Positions 1-12,788 of a stretch of 64,000 bases of DNA are shown here, in pieces (within the stretch, counting starts at the first letter, position 1; every line of letters starts with the position of its first letter). The translations under genes and the position numbers were made by a program. The stretch spans positions 43,276,001 through 43,340,000 of the forward strand of contig OX597833.1 in assembly GCA_951406725.2 (NCBI GenBank). The letters run 5' to 3'. This stretch comes from Octopus vulgaris (Eukaryota). The notes under the pieces are model-generated. The model saw only the letters and a list, made by a program, of their open reading frames with translations, made no database searches and was not told the DNA's origin.

Positions 1-237
1 ATGGAGAAGTTAAAATGTGTCACAAACATTTTTTATCTAATCTAAAGATCGCATATGCCTAATCAGACATGGCTGTGTGGTACGAACTTTGCTTCTCGCC
101 CGTAGAGTTCTGGATTCAATCCCGCTGCGTGGCACCTTGCGTGTCTTCTACCATAGCTTCCAATCAAAGCCATGTTACTGGATTTAGTAGACGGAAACTC
201 ATATACATGAGTGGGGGGGATGTATGCGTGTTTGTGT

Positions 238-311
<74 letters not shown>

Positions 312-361
312 GGTGGTGGTGGTGGTGGTGGTGGTAGTAGTAGCGGCGGCGGTGGTGGTGC

Positions 362-405
<44 letters not shown>
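238..405. repeat. Compound (GTA)n/(GGT)n trinucleotide microsatellite
   Basis: Directly visible; explains the poly-T/S/V ORFs at 63-434. Confidence 0.95.
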
Positions 406-406
<1 letters not shown>

Positions 407-559
407 ATAAAAGATAAATAGAACTTATTGACATAAGTTACGAAGTGATTCTAGTGTCGAATTGTTTGTACGTAGTAATTGTCAAGTGCTATACACAAAA
501 CTCTCAACTATTGGGTCACTTTCTCTAACTTCTGCTAATTAGGAATAATGATAGTAATC

Positions 560-720
560 CCTTCTGTTATGAGCACAAGGCCTGAAATTTGGAGGCAGTA
601 GACTGGTCGATAACATGGACTGCTACGTATTTTAGCCGTCGATGAAAGGATGAAAGGCAAAGACGTTTTCAGCTGAGTTTGTATTCGAAACGTAGAGAGA
701 GACGAAATGCCGTTAAATAA
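560..720 (-). mobile_element. SINE family A, decayed copy
   Basis: Contains GAAAGGATGAAAGGCAAAG and CACAAGGCCTGAAATTTGG, reverse complement of the family A core and tail seen elsewhere in the window. Confidence 0.7.
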
Positions 721-824
721 AAATGATCATACTATAATTCTGATATTCGCTTCGTTAATCAGTTTACAAATGTGTTAACGCTCTGTTAGAGAGTTATGAT
801 TTTAAAAAATGTACTATTATTATC

Positions 825-1040
825 AAAGCGGTGAGTTGGTGGAATCGTTAGCACGCTCTGGCAAGATGGTCAATGGTGTTTCGCTCGTACTTACGTCCTC
901 AGTTCAAATTCCGCTTAGATCAACTTGGCAATTTTATCCTTTCGGAGTCGATAAAATAAATACCAGTTGTGCAGTGAGGTCGACGTAATCGAATTATCCC
1001 TTCGCCCGAAATTGCTGGCCTTGTGCCAAAATTTGAAATA
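825..1040 (+). mobile_element. SINE family A (tRNA-like head, CATCCTTTCGGGGTCGATAAA core resembling the Meta/MESC SINE domain)
   Basis: Matches copies at 8088, 34921 and 59425; B-box-like GTTCAAATTCC. Domain name is from recall, not a search. Confidence 0.8.
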
Positions 1041-1494
1041 ACACTCATAATATATACATAAAAAATGAGGAAGAGTCTGTGAGCTGGTAAGATGCAACTT
1101 ATTAGTTTCATATCTATAATATGCATATTCATATTGAGATTTTTACCAGATATTTTAATCGGTGTCTAACATACTTCTAAATATGTTAAGTACCTATACA
1201 TTACACACATACATGCGCATATCTATCTATCTATCTATATATATATGTATGTATATGCACGTTGTGCCTGCGTGTGAGACTGAAAGAGAGAGGGAGAAGA
1301 TTAGTTTTCACACAGTTCCACACCAGTGACTCCATCTAGAGTAAAATCAAGGCCAGGATAATTCTGGGTAAATATTTCAAATATACTCTTTGTTTCAGAG
1401 TCTCATTTCTCAGTTATCTTCCCCAAAAGTACATGTAATTAGCGATAATATATACGTATACAAGCACGTATATGTATATACATACATATGTATG

Positions 1495-1544
<50 letters not shown>

Positions 1545-1956
1545 CATATATATATACATTGACACATGTGACCCCGACGACTATCAAATTCACTAATATT
1601 TTATATCTATTTTGTGCGTATAAGACAGATACGTATATATTTATACACACGTGTCTATATCTGTTTTATGTATTTGTACGTATCTTGTTGTGCGCGCGTG
1701 TGCGTGCGTCTGTGTGTGTGTGTGCGTGTGCATGTGTGTACGTATGTGTGTGAAAAACAGACGTTAACATATTGCATCATAGACCTGAGTTAATTAAATC
1801 TGTATCAGAATACATACATTTAGTAATACCTTAAAATTAATTTGACGTGAAAAAAATCCCATGAGGAAGGGAGAGGATTGGATTAGCGTTGATGAGAGGT
1901 TGAAGAGAGATTTTGAAGAAATAGATGCAGGTAGGGATAGAGACAAAGAAGGATGA

Positions 1957-1987
1957 GGGGGAGGAGGAGGAGGAGGAGGAGGAGGAG

Positions 1988-2019
<32 letters not shown>

Positions 2020-2156
2020 GAAGTAGAAGAAGAAGAAGAAGAAGAAGAAGAAGAAGAAGAAAAGGAAGAAGATAATGAAGAAGAAGAAGAAGAAGAAGAA
2101 GAAGAAGAAGAAGAAGAAGAAGAAGAAGAAGAAGAAGAAGAAGAAGAAGAAGAAGA
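1957..2156. repeat. (GGA)n/(GAA)n microsatellite
   Basis: Directly visible. Confidence 0.95.
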
Positions 2157-2310
2157 GATCAAACCTCAAGAAATTCGGTATTAGTTTCCTATGAGGATAC
2201 TTATTTGTCGTTGTTGTATTGTTTGTGTTGTATTTGAGTACTCTTTTTTCCACCTTGTTTCACACTTATGTGTTTACTCCGGTATATATATATATTAGCC
2301 GGTGTTTATT

Positions 2311-2351
2311 CAGAGCAATGAATAGCTTAACCGAAACCATGGTATGCTTTG
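2311..2351 (+). ncRNA. Minimal type I hammerhead ribozyme candidate with A3-U8 core variant
   Basis: CAGAGCA / ATGAATA / G-CTTAAC-C / GAA / ACCATGGT / A / TGCTTTG: 7-bp stem I (one G-U), 1-bp stem II, palindromic stem III, GUA cleavage triplet. Confidence 0.7.
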
Positions 2352-3168
2352 CTTTCTGACTTTTTAATCATCTCATAATAATGACTTTTATGACTTTTAT
2401 TACTACCTCAGACCCTCTAAATATATATATCTGTCGTTACCTTTCATAAAAAGCCATTTCTTTTTTTATTTACAAAGTGCATTTTCGTTGATTTTTCATA
2501 TTTTCCCCCTTGCATTTCCACGTGTATTTTATATTTTCTTTTTGTAACATATTTCTACTATATATATATATATGAAGTAATTTTTTGTAAAACTTTGTAC
2601 ACTGTTAGTAGCTTTCCTTATTTCTCTTTTCTTTCATTATCTACACACGCGCGCGAGCACACACATGGTCATTCATGACTGAATGGGGTCTTTAACCTTT
2701 ATATGTGTGTATATATTGAGTTTTCCCTCCCAAGGAAATTATCAGTTTCAAAGGCTATAGCCGAAGACACTAACCCAAGCTGCGGCACAGTTGGATACAA
2801 TTTGAAACCACGGGTCTGTGTTTGTATATTCTTTTATTTTATCTTACAAGTTTCTGCCCTAAGGCTGTGGCCATGCTGGAGCACCGCCTGTATATTGCTT
2901 CTTTTATAATTCTTTTACTAGTTTCATTTATTATAATGTAATCGTCTTGCTTGAAGATGAGTTTCTTTTATTCAGCACTAATAATTGAATGGTAGGTACT
3001 CATTTTATCGACCTCGGAAGGATGAATGCGAAGTTTGACGTAGATGGGGTTTGAACTTACCTCGAAAAGGAGTACAACGAAACATGTGTCTATGTGCGTG
3101 TCTGTATATGTATGTATATATGTACTTATGTGCGAGTGTTTTTGTGCATAAATATTTGTATGTATGTA

Positions 3169-3199
<31 letters not shown>

Positions 3200-3372
3200 A
3201 TGCCTGCGCGTACACGTGTGTGTGTGTGTGTGTGTTTGTGTGTGCGTGTATATGTATGTCTGAGTGTGTGTGTATGTGTGTATGCCTGCGCGTACACGTG
3301 TGTGTACGTGTGTATGGTATAGTATGGTAACTACTGACCTCTGAGAATTGAAGAATAGGTCTCCTCAATACC

Positions 3373-3984
3373 TATTTCTTTACTACCCACAAGGGGCTAA
3401 ACACAGAGGGGACAAACAAGGACAGACAAACGGATTAAGTCGATTATATCGACCCCAGTGCGCAACTGGTACTTATTTAATCGACCCCGAAAGGATGAAA
3501 GGCAAAGTCGACCTCGGCGGAATTTGAACTCAGAACGTAGCGGCAAACGAAATACCTATTTCTTTATTGCTCACAAGGGGCTAAACACAGAGGGGACAAA
3601 CAAGGACAGACAAACGGATTAAGTCGATTATATCGACCCCAGTGCGTAACTAGTACTTATTTAATCGACCCCGAAAGGATGAAAGGCAAAGTCGACCTCG
3701 GCGGAATTTGAACTCAGAACGTAGCGGCAAACGAAATACCTATTTCTTTATTGCTCACAAGGGGCTAAACACAGAGGGGACAAACAAGGACAGACAAACA
3801 GATTAAGTCGATTATATCGACCCCAGTGCGTAACTAGTACTTATTTAATCGACCCCGAAAGGATGAAAGGCAAAGTCGAGCTCGGCGGAATTTGAACTCA
3901 GAACGTAGCAGCAGACGAAATACCGCTAAGCATTTCGCCCGGCGTGCTAACATTTCGCACGATTCTGCCATCTCGCCGCCTTAA
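3373..3984 (-). mobile_element. Trimeric SINE family A insertion with 14-bp target-site duplication
   Basis: Three 184-bp units start at 3373, 3557 and 3741 with a single head at the right; GTCTCCTCAATACC at 3359-3372 and 3985-3998. Confidence 0.9.
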
Positions 3985-3999
3985 GTCTCCTCAATACCG

Positions 4000-4690
4000 T
4001 CAAGCAATTTCACAAAGCTATTAAGACGTCCTTTGGACTGGTGACGTTTAACAAAGTAACAGACAATATGACATGGTAGACTTGCAAATCGAAAAGGCAA
4101 TTTAGCAGTCTAGCAGTCTAGCGAAGGAAAATAATACAGGCGCTGGATTATGATAAATTCAATACCCACTTGAGCATAGACGAAAGTAAAGCTCTGCGTG
4201 TCAATTCGAATGGAAAATGTATATATTTTGACAGAGTCAAACATTTTTTTAAAAAAACGTTTCTCATTAGCAGGAATACTATACATGCCATTAACATATT
4301 TTCACAACTAGCCATAACATATGGTTCTGTAGTATAGGTTTGGAACCTAACAGACCTAAATTCCAGAGGTCGTATTACGAGAATTCTACCTAAAACACCA
4401 TGTTCTTACACAATAAGTCTAACACCCAACGATTGTGCTGCTCTAAAAAAGGTGGTAGAGAAATAGTAAGTGCCAAAGGAGAATTTTAGAAAGTCAGTTG
4501 TTCATGTCTCCCATTACTTTTCTACTTACAAACGGGCCTGTTACATGCCTAGTTGATTACATTTGTTAGGAAGATAACGATCACTTATCACTGCAGCAAC
4601 AAAATTCTCACAAGAAATTAGATTTCGACAGCTGAAGTCTAAATGTAAAGCTACAGGAAAGCCGAACACGCTCATGACATATAAGTCAAC
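4000..4690 (+). pseudogene. Highly decayed non-LTR retrotransposon RT C-terminal fragment (R4/Dong-like)
   Basis: Broken frames give AIN..., W..TDL and KKGGRE-like residues typical of the post-RT region; no long ORF. Confidence 0.35.
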
Positions 4691-4904
4691 TTTTGGTGCA
4701 TTTGTTTATAATGGCTAATATTTCCGTGAACTTAATGTCCTGTGCGTAAATAAATAAAACCAGCTTTCACTGAGACAACAGAAGTAACAACATTTGCATA
4801 CAAGAAAAACCGGTTGCAATTTGGTGCATTAAATGTTATATCTGCAATTCTGATATTATCGAGGACAATTTTTTTTGTGTGTGTGATGAATTTCATGACA
4901 TAAC

Positions 4905-4946
<42 letters not shown>

Positions 4947-5065
4947 ATAGTAGTAGTAGTAGTAGTAGTAGCAGCAGCAGCGGCGGCAGCAGCAGCAGCA
5001 GCGGCAGCAGCGGCAGCAGCAGCAGCATCAGCAACAGCAGTAGTAGTAGTAGTAGTAGTAGTAGT
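4905..5065. repeat. (TAG)n/(CAG)n compound microsatellite
   Basis: Directly visible. Confidence 0.95.
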
Positions 5066-5279
5066 TTTTGTTGTTGTATGGAGGGATGCGATTTAACAAG
5101 GCGTCGCTGCATGCATCATTGTTGATGATTCCTTACTATTCTTGACGGATGACGCCTCTGACCACCCGTGCAGCAACCCTCCAATCCATGGGTCTGTTTG
5201 GGTAGTCGTTACCGGTGATGGTTCTTACGAGGTCGGAGTACAAATCCTACTTCGACCTCTTTTAGTTGACTCTTACGAC

Positions 5280-5452
5280 ACGCAGAGGAAACGTTGGTTC
5301 TAGTCTTTGACATGCCAATCTCCATACAGCACTAGAGTAATCTGAAATGAAATATTTTGCTCGAGAGCACAACACGCCGACCGGTCCAGGAATCGAGCCT
5401 GCGATTGGACGATCGTGAGTTCTACACCCTAACCACTTGGCCACTCGCCTTC
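5280..5452 (-). mobile_element. tRNA-derived SINE family D (CORE-like), decayed
   Basis: Minus strand TGGCCAAGTGGTTAGGG (A box) and GGCTCGATTCC (B box); similar to 53968-54291. Confidence 0.7.
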
Positions 5453-5879
5453 ACATGACACAATACATTAAATTAAAATGTCCTATCATCTGCAAAATAT
5501 ATTTTATAAGGGGACAAGATAACGCAACAAGATGGCACTAAATACGCCGAGCCAACAAACTTCAATCCCTTCAAAATGTAATATCTATCATCTTATATAC
5601 ACTAGCAATCCAAAGGACATCTTAAAATCTTTGTTAAATTGCTTCACAATACTCATAGTCATCATAATCTACATTCTTCAATTCTCAAAAGTCGATAGGT
5701 ATTATGAAAGGCACACACACACACACACACAAACCGTAGTGTATATAAGGGATTGCAATTCATGTTGTATCGTCGTGATGCACATCTGCAAATTTACATT
5801 AATCCAATGTATGTATGTAGATGTTTTATTCTAAATGAGGTTTGCAAAGCAATTGAAATGGATGGTGAATACTAATTAC

Positions 5880-6272
5880 TCTTTTAAGTCATTTGACTGT
5901 TGCCTTGCTGGAGCACTGCCTTTAGTCGAGCATATCGACCCCAGAACTTATTCTTTGTAAGCCTAGTACTTATTCTATCGGTCTCTTTTGCCGAACCGCT
6001 TTGTTACGGGGACGTAAACACATCAGCATCAGTTTTCAAGCAATGTGTGGGGGGGGGGGCAAACAGAGACACACAAACATATACACACACACATACACAC
6101 ATTCATACATATATACGACGGGCTTCTTTCAGTTTCTGTCTACCAGATCCACTCACACGGCTTTGGTCGGCCCGAAGTTATAGAAGAAGACACTTGCCCA
6201 AGTTGCCACACAGTGGGACTGAACCCGGAACCATGTGGTTCGTAAGCAAGCTACTTACCACACAGCCACTCC
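5880..6272 (-). mobile_element. SINE family B (tRNA-like head, internal TA/TG microsatellite)
   Basis: Reverse complement of the well-preserved copy at 51783-52276. Confidence 0.9.
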
Positions 6273-6332
6273 TACCCCTTATTGCAGAGTAATATCAAAA
6301 CAGAGGACTGAAGGAATTTGGCATGATTTTTA

Positions 6333-6434
6333 ATACGTTATACGTGTTTCGTTACTGGATATGTGTTACAAAGTTACACATGTAGAAAAAAAAAACATGT
6401 AATGACTTTCCTATCAGTAATTCCTCAGACAAAC
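6333..6434 (-). ncRNA. Degenerate hammerhead ribozyme with long loop II
   Basis: Minus strand CTGAGGA, stem II TTACTG...CAGTAA, then CGAAACACGTATA; mismatches at 10.1-11.1 and 15.2-16.2. Confidence 0.4.
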
Positions 6435-7736
6435 ATTCAAAAATAGGGGTAAGGTAGATAGTGCTCCCTAACGGTTGTGTGGACAAACTATCTACACTGT
6501 CCTGCTGCCTTGGTGGTGGATCCAGCGATACAAAGGCTAGAGGGGTATGCCTTGAAAGGAAAAGCTGTGGCAGTCAGCTTTAAGGTGGTATCCGATATCT
6601 ATAGCTTCCTGCATCCAAGACAAAGGATAGGTCGTCTTAGGTCACCCTTATCACATATTCTATCTCTTTCAAAGTGATGTTACTCATCTGGGAAATACAC
6701 ATCCCAACACGACGATAAAATTTCATTGCGTAGGTATTTTTTCCAACAATTTGGTTGCTAGATTTTGCTTATCTGTGGCTGCCATTGCCGCTAGAGTGGC
6801 CGATATATCACGTGCGTCTGCGATTATAAAACACCACCATTCCCACAGTCTCCATGTGATGGCACACAGTAGCAGTAGCGACTCTTCGATCGCCTGCCTG
6901 GTTGCGTCATCCGTTCCGTTTGTTCTTTAATAAATACGTGCATAAAACCATTCGCAATTGGAGATGCTCACCAACGCTATTAATGGAAAACTATATGCAA
7001 GCATGTGTAAATACTAAAGACTAAACGCGGTTAATATTTTACATATTTTTACTTTGATTTTCTAATTAGCTATGCTCTTTTTCGTTTTATGTCTTTTTTT
7101 TATTTCATCTAGTTTCAGCTCACGAGCAGTGACCATGCTGGGGCACCTAGTTCCTAAACTCTGCGCACCAATAATCACAGGTATAAATGGAAAGATCTAT
7201 CTGCAGATTTCTTATTAGTTTGTTATGTATGTTTTCGTCTTATATTTCGAACATTATATTACCATCTTCTGAACAGAATGATATTAACCAGTTTGCACTC
7301 ATTTCTCTGTCCCAGATTAATGTATGAGTACATGCAAGTTCGTACGCTTGTATATATGCATGTAAAAATGTGTGCACGTTTGAAAGTATGCATGTATGCA
7401 TGTACATATCTACGTAGCCATAGTTTCAAAATTCCACGAATAAATATTAAAAACAGGGGACAGATAAGAGAAAATCACTAGAAATATACTGAGATGAAAA
7501 ATGGCATTCTTATCATATTCCAGCGGTGCCTATAAGATAAATATAGATACAAAAAAAAAGATAATTAAATAGGTAGCTACATAAATGGATATATACATGC
7601 ATGCATGCATACGTTTATAAATATATGCCTACATATGTAAGCAGTCTTATATAGTATGTATAATCTGATTTTATTCACTGATAAGATTTATAATCTTGTC
7701 TTCGAAGTATATCTTTGATGGTATGCATGAAGATAT

Positions 7737-7771
<35 letters not shown>

Positions 7772-8087
7772 TACACACAGACAAACATACACACATATAT
7801 ATATACACATACATATATATATATGCACACACACATATAAATATATATATTACATACATCCAGATACATACTTATTCGTATACATAAATATGCACACATA
7901 TACATATGCATATACATATATGTATGCGTGCGCACTTTTGTATGTGTTAGTTAGCTTCTTAATGAGAAATCGAGTGTTAAAGAAAGTACTGTTGCCTTTT
8001 GATAGATTCATGCTGGCAATAAAACATAAGTACTGTTTGTATATCATTTCAATTTTATTTTATTACTAGTTAATATGAATATTAATG

Positions 8088-8293
8088 AAGGCGACGAACT
8101 GGCAGAAGCTGGTACGCCGGCTTTGCAGTATTTCGTCCGTCTTTACGTTCTGAGTTCGAATTCCACCGAGGTCAACTTTGCCGTTCATCCATACGAGATC
8201 AATAAATTAAGTACCAGATGAACACCTAGGGTTGATGTAATACACTTAGACCCTCTCCAAAATTGCTGGCCCTGTGCCAAAATTTGAAACCAG
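8088..8293 (+). mobile_element. SINE family A
   Basis: AAGGCGACGAACTGGCAGAA head through GTGCCAAAATTTGAAACC tail. Confidence 0.85.
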
Positions 8294-8539
8294 TATGAAT
8301 ATTAATTACTGTATATGCCGACGTACAAGATGGTCTCTCTCGTAAAATACATTCCTATTTTACTAAGGTATTTTGTGAAAAAGCAAAAGTTTAGCATATT
8401 TCATCATGGAGGCGTTGAAAAATACGAACGTGGTTTTGTTGGACAAAATGTATAATTCTGGACATGTAAATTAAAGATTGTGACAGTATACTGGAATACA
8501 GCACGAAACCATAAACTTATAAACTAGGTTATGGAAGTA

Positions 8540-8619
<80 letters not shown>

Positions 8620-8783
8620 TAAGGTCATAATACATCTATTAAGGCGCTACTAATAGTTTCATATGTTGAGAGAACTTAAACGTATTCCTCAGGCGCAAGC
8701 CACATACCGACAAATATTTATCTCTCATCAGATGGAGTCCTTTTTTTATTGAATTTTCTTCACAGCTCAGTACATTGTGCGTT

Positions 8784-8834
<51 letters not shown>

Positions 8835-8837
8835 AAA

Positions 8838-9092
8838 CCTTTTGTTCTTTTACTCGTTTCAGCCATGCGGCTGCCGTCGATTATATATATCTTTTACCTG
8901 TTACTTGTTTCAGTCATGCTTGAGGAACGCATTGAAATTTTTTAGTCGAACGAATCGACCCCAGTATCTAATTTTGAAGCCTAGTGTTTATTCTATTGGT
9001 TCTGTTGTCGAACAGATAATGTTACGGGGATGTAAACACACAAAAAAACGGTATAGGAGCAAAGACAGACACAAAAACATAAACACGCATGC

Positions 9093-9147
<55 letters not shown>

Positions 9148-9345
9148 CACACTCACAGACACACACAATCACACGTTTATACGACGGGTTTTCTGTTTCT
9201 ATCTAGTATACCGATTCTCAAGGTTTTGGACGACCCGAGACTATTGTAGAAGACACATCCCCAAGGTGATATGCAGTGGGATTGAACCCGAAACTAATGT
9301 GGCTGGAATACAAGCTTCTTACTACACAACTATGCCTGTGCCTAT
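8838..9345 (-). mobile_element. SINE family B, diverged
   Basis: Same order of blocks as 5880-6272, with internal (CA)n. Confidence 0.8.
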
Positions 9346-9390
9346 ACGTACATAAACTCATACATGCATATATATTTATATATACATATA

Positions 9391-9462
<72 letters not shown>

Positions 9463-9587
9463 CATACATACATATTTGCATACATGTATATGTATGTAAT
9501 CATAGATGAGAAGGGGAATTTGATAAACAGATAGTCTGACTGATAGAGATACACATGTTGCTAGCAAGCTTGGATAGCTAGCTAGCT

Positions 9588-10052
<465 letters not shown>

Positions 10053-10833
10053 TGATTGATTGATTGATTCATTGATTGATATGAAGACGGTCGAATAAAA
10101 ACAACTTCAACTCACAGCCCGATAAACCAGAAAGGTCCGATAACCAGAAAAGCCCGTAGAGAAAGCAGAACTGTAGAGGAACCGCCGAAAGTACATCTGT
10201 ACTAGACTGGCAAGTTGTCAGTGAAGATATGAACGTTTATTATAATTTGAAAATAAGATCACAAAGATATCGACAAAATTATATTCCAAGTTACATAATC
10301 TTCAGAAGGTTAAACTGAAATTTCCGTGAAATGTAGTACTGTGCGCTGATGAAAGCAAGAATTTTGGCAACTGAACCTGACATCGTCATAAAAGACTATA
10401 AAAATGTAATAAGCAGACGGAAAGGTATCAATGGAACGTGGTTATAAAGTATCATTCAATAGAATATATCTACTCGAATTTCCAAGATGTAGTCATACTG
10501 TTGTGGGTTGAAAAACTGAATCCAGATGTTCCACTCCAGCTGAAACATGTTGCTTCAGAATGTTTCCAAAAGGATATGATAACTGTACATATGGGAACAG
10601 AGTTACGTAGAAAGAAATGTATAAACGTAATACACACACAAATACACATAGATATAGACATCTAAATACACACACACATACATACACACACACTCAGACA
10701 TATACATACATACATACATACATAGATAGATAAATATGTATGTATGTAGGTCATTTTTTGCCAAATAAACACACGCACTATATATTCGTTCTTTGGTCGT
10801 TTATTACTGCTCTTATTCTTACTCATGTCCATT

Positions 10834-10878
10834 GTCCAGAAATCTTTCGTTACACACCTGTGACCTCCTCAGCGATAC
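10834..10878 (-). ncRNA. Minimal hammerhead ribozyme candidate (C3-G8)
   Basis: Minus strand CTGAGGA-G-GTCAC-aggtgt-GTAAC-GAA-AGATTT-C-TGGAC; stem II has one mismatch, stem I is weak. Confidence 0.55.
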
Positions 10879-10899
10879 CTTCCGTCTTCGTGCGTGCTC

Positions 10900-10945
10900 T
10901 TGCTCTGCTTATTCCATTCTGACATATATGGAATAAGCAGAGCAA
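10900..10945. repeat. Perfect 18-bp inverted repeat with 10-nt loop
   Basis: TTGCTCTGCTTATTCCAT (10900-10917) and ATGGAATAAGCAGAGCAA (10928-10945). Confidence 0.95.
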
Positions 10946-11050
10946 TATTTATTCATTTTATTCTATTTTATATACTATATTTTATTCACTTTATTTTATT
11001 ACATAATTATTTTCCCATAAAGATATAACAATATTTCTATTATTCATATT

Positions 11051-11126
<76 letters not shown>

Positions 11127-11274
11127 CGTTTATGTATTTGGTTTGCAAGAATCTTTATGTGAGTTCGTGTGTTGAGGCATATTCTGTTGTGTCTGGGGAG
11201 AGTCATTTTCTTTTTGTGCCTTATAACTGAACACACTCACCGGTAAAATTTCCACTTATTTCTTCACTTTATTT

Positions 11275-11313
11275 TCCTAAAATTTTCGTTGCGTCTTGCA
11301 ACCTTCTCAATAG
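11275..11313 (-). ncRNA. Minimal hammerhead ribozyme candidate with U3-A8 core variant
   Basis: Minus strand CTA-TTGAGAA-G-GTTGC-aagac-GCAAC-GAA-AATT-T-TAG; perfect 5-bp stem II, 3-bp stem I. Confidence 0.55.
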
Positions 11314-11499
11314 TCTTGACTCATATATATTTTAAATAAGTTTACTGTATTTTATTTTATTTTATTTTTATTTTTACGTACATGATTTATTACCTTACCA
11401 AATACATATACACAGTATACATGAAATAACATGTTAAACTCCATTAGTTGTGGATTTGAATTTCTTTAAGAAAGATGTAGCCATCGTTATTATTAAAAC

Positions 11500-11615
11500 A
11501 AAATCCCTGAAGAGATTCTACCACTCACAGCTTAAATTCTTAACATTGGATCTAATACAAATGCTTTGAATAATACATTACCAAGGGGCCAGAATCGAAA
11601 CATATGTAATTTTTT
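11500..11615 (+). ncRNA. Hammerhead ribozyme (C3-G8) with ~70-nt loop II and damaged stem I
   Basis: CTGAAGA 11507-11513; GATTCT 11514-11519 pairs with AGAATC 11591-11596; GAA then palindrome ACATATGT and A (GUA). The 3' arm of stem I lacks the GG needed to pair with AAAATCC. Confidence 0.6.
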
Positions 11616-11850
11616 TTTTAGACTTCTATTGCGTTTTTAAAAAACATTTTGTATCTATATCTTAAAAACAAACTATGATACAAATAAATTAACTATACAA
11701 TCTCAACTCTTCATTTTTTTTACATTATTTATTTTACCTATTATGATAATCCATAACCCATCGTAGAAATTTTCTTCTGATGTAATGGAGATTAAACCAA
11801 TGAAATTTTGGATTTATTAATCCTACTGAAGATAGGAAGTCCTTGAATTG

Positions 11851-11897
<47 letters not shown>

Positions 11898-11899
<2 letters not shown>

Positions 11900-12008
11900 T
11901 CTTTAGTTACTCATCATAGGCGAGTGAACTAACGTAGGTAAAAATAGGTGTAGTTTCTACCTGCACAATGAAACCACAAAATAAAAAAAGTTTATATATC
12001 ATTTATAT

Positions 12009-12072
<64 letters not shown>

Positions 12073-12167
12073 CAGGCTGCGTTAGTGTCTGAGAGACACG
12101 CATAAGCACTGGAAGAAATACATACTCACCTACACCTATATATATATACACACACACACACACACAA

Positions 12168-12234
<67 letters not shown>

Positions 12235-12496
12235 TCACGTATTCATACAGAAAGAGGATCGCCAACGAGACATAAAGGACTCCTAGCGTTATTATAAATG
12301 AAGCATCTACGTATTATTTTCTTTGGAAAACAGTCTCTAGAGACGCTTCCTGTTTTCTTTGCCATTTGAGCATGAAATTTTACAATATTTCCAGAATACT
12401 CTTTGGTTACTCGTCATAGGCGAGCGAACCACCGTAGGTAGAAATAGGTGTAATTTCTATCTGCGCAATGAAACCACAAAATAAAAAAAAAGTTTA
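11898..12496. repeat. Diverged ~97-bp direct repeat pair, 500 bp apart
   Basis: 11898-11994 and 12398-12496 share ACTCTTTRGTTACTCRTCATAGGCGAG...CAATGAAACCACAAAATAAAA. Confidence 0.9.
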
Positions 12497-12581
12497 ACGG
12501 ATAGAATACTATATGAAATATGATAAAAACCATTCTGACAGTGAGACATGTCATAATCGGCTCCACCTTGTGACTGTAAGT

Positions 12582-12584
<3 letters not shown>

Positions 12585-12655
<71 letters not shown>

Positions 12656-12703
12656 TGCGTGTGTGTGTGTGTGTGAGTCTCTGTATGTGTGTATGTGTGT
12701 GTG

Positions 12704-12785
<82 letters not shown>
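12585..12785. repeat. (TG)n microsatellite
   Basis: Directly visible. Confidence 0.95.

Positions 12786-12788
<3 letters not shown>

Noticed and set aside
3373-3984. Regular repeats suggestive of a CRISPR array (also 16393-16460 and 17818-17911)
   Set aside because: No unique spacers, no cas genes, eukaryotic context; these are tandem SINE units or minisatellites.
10165-10200. CTGTAGA-GG..CC-GAAAGTAC hammerhead-like string
   Set aside because: Invariant A6 and U16.1 both differ; could be chance.
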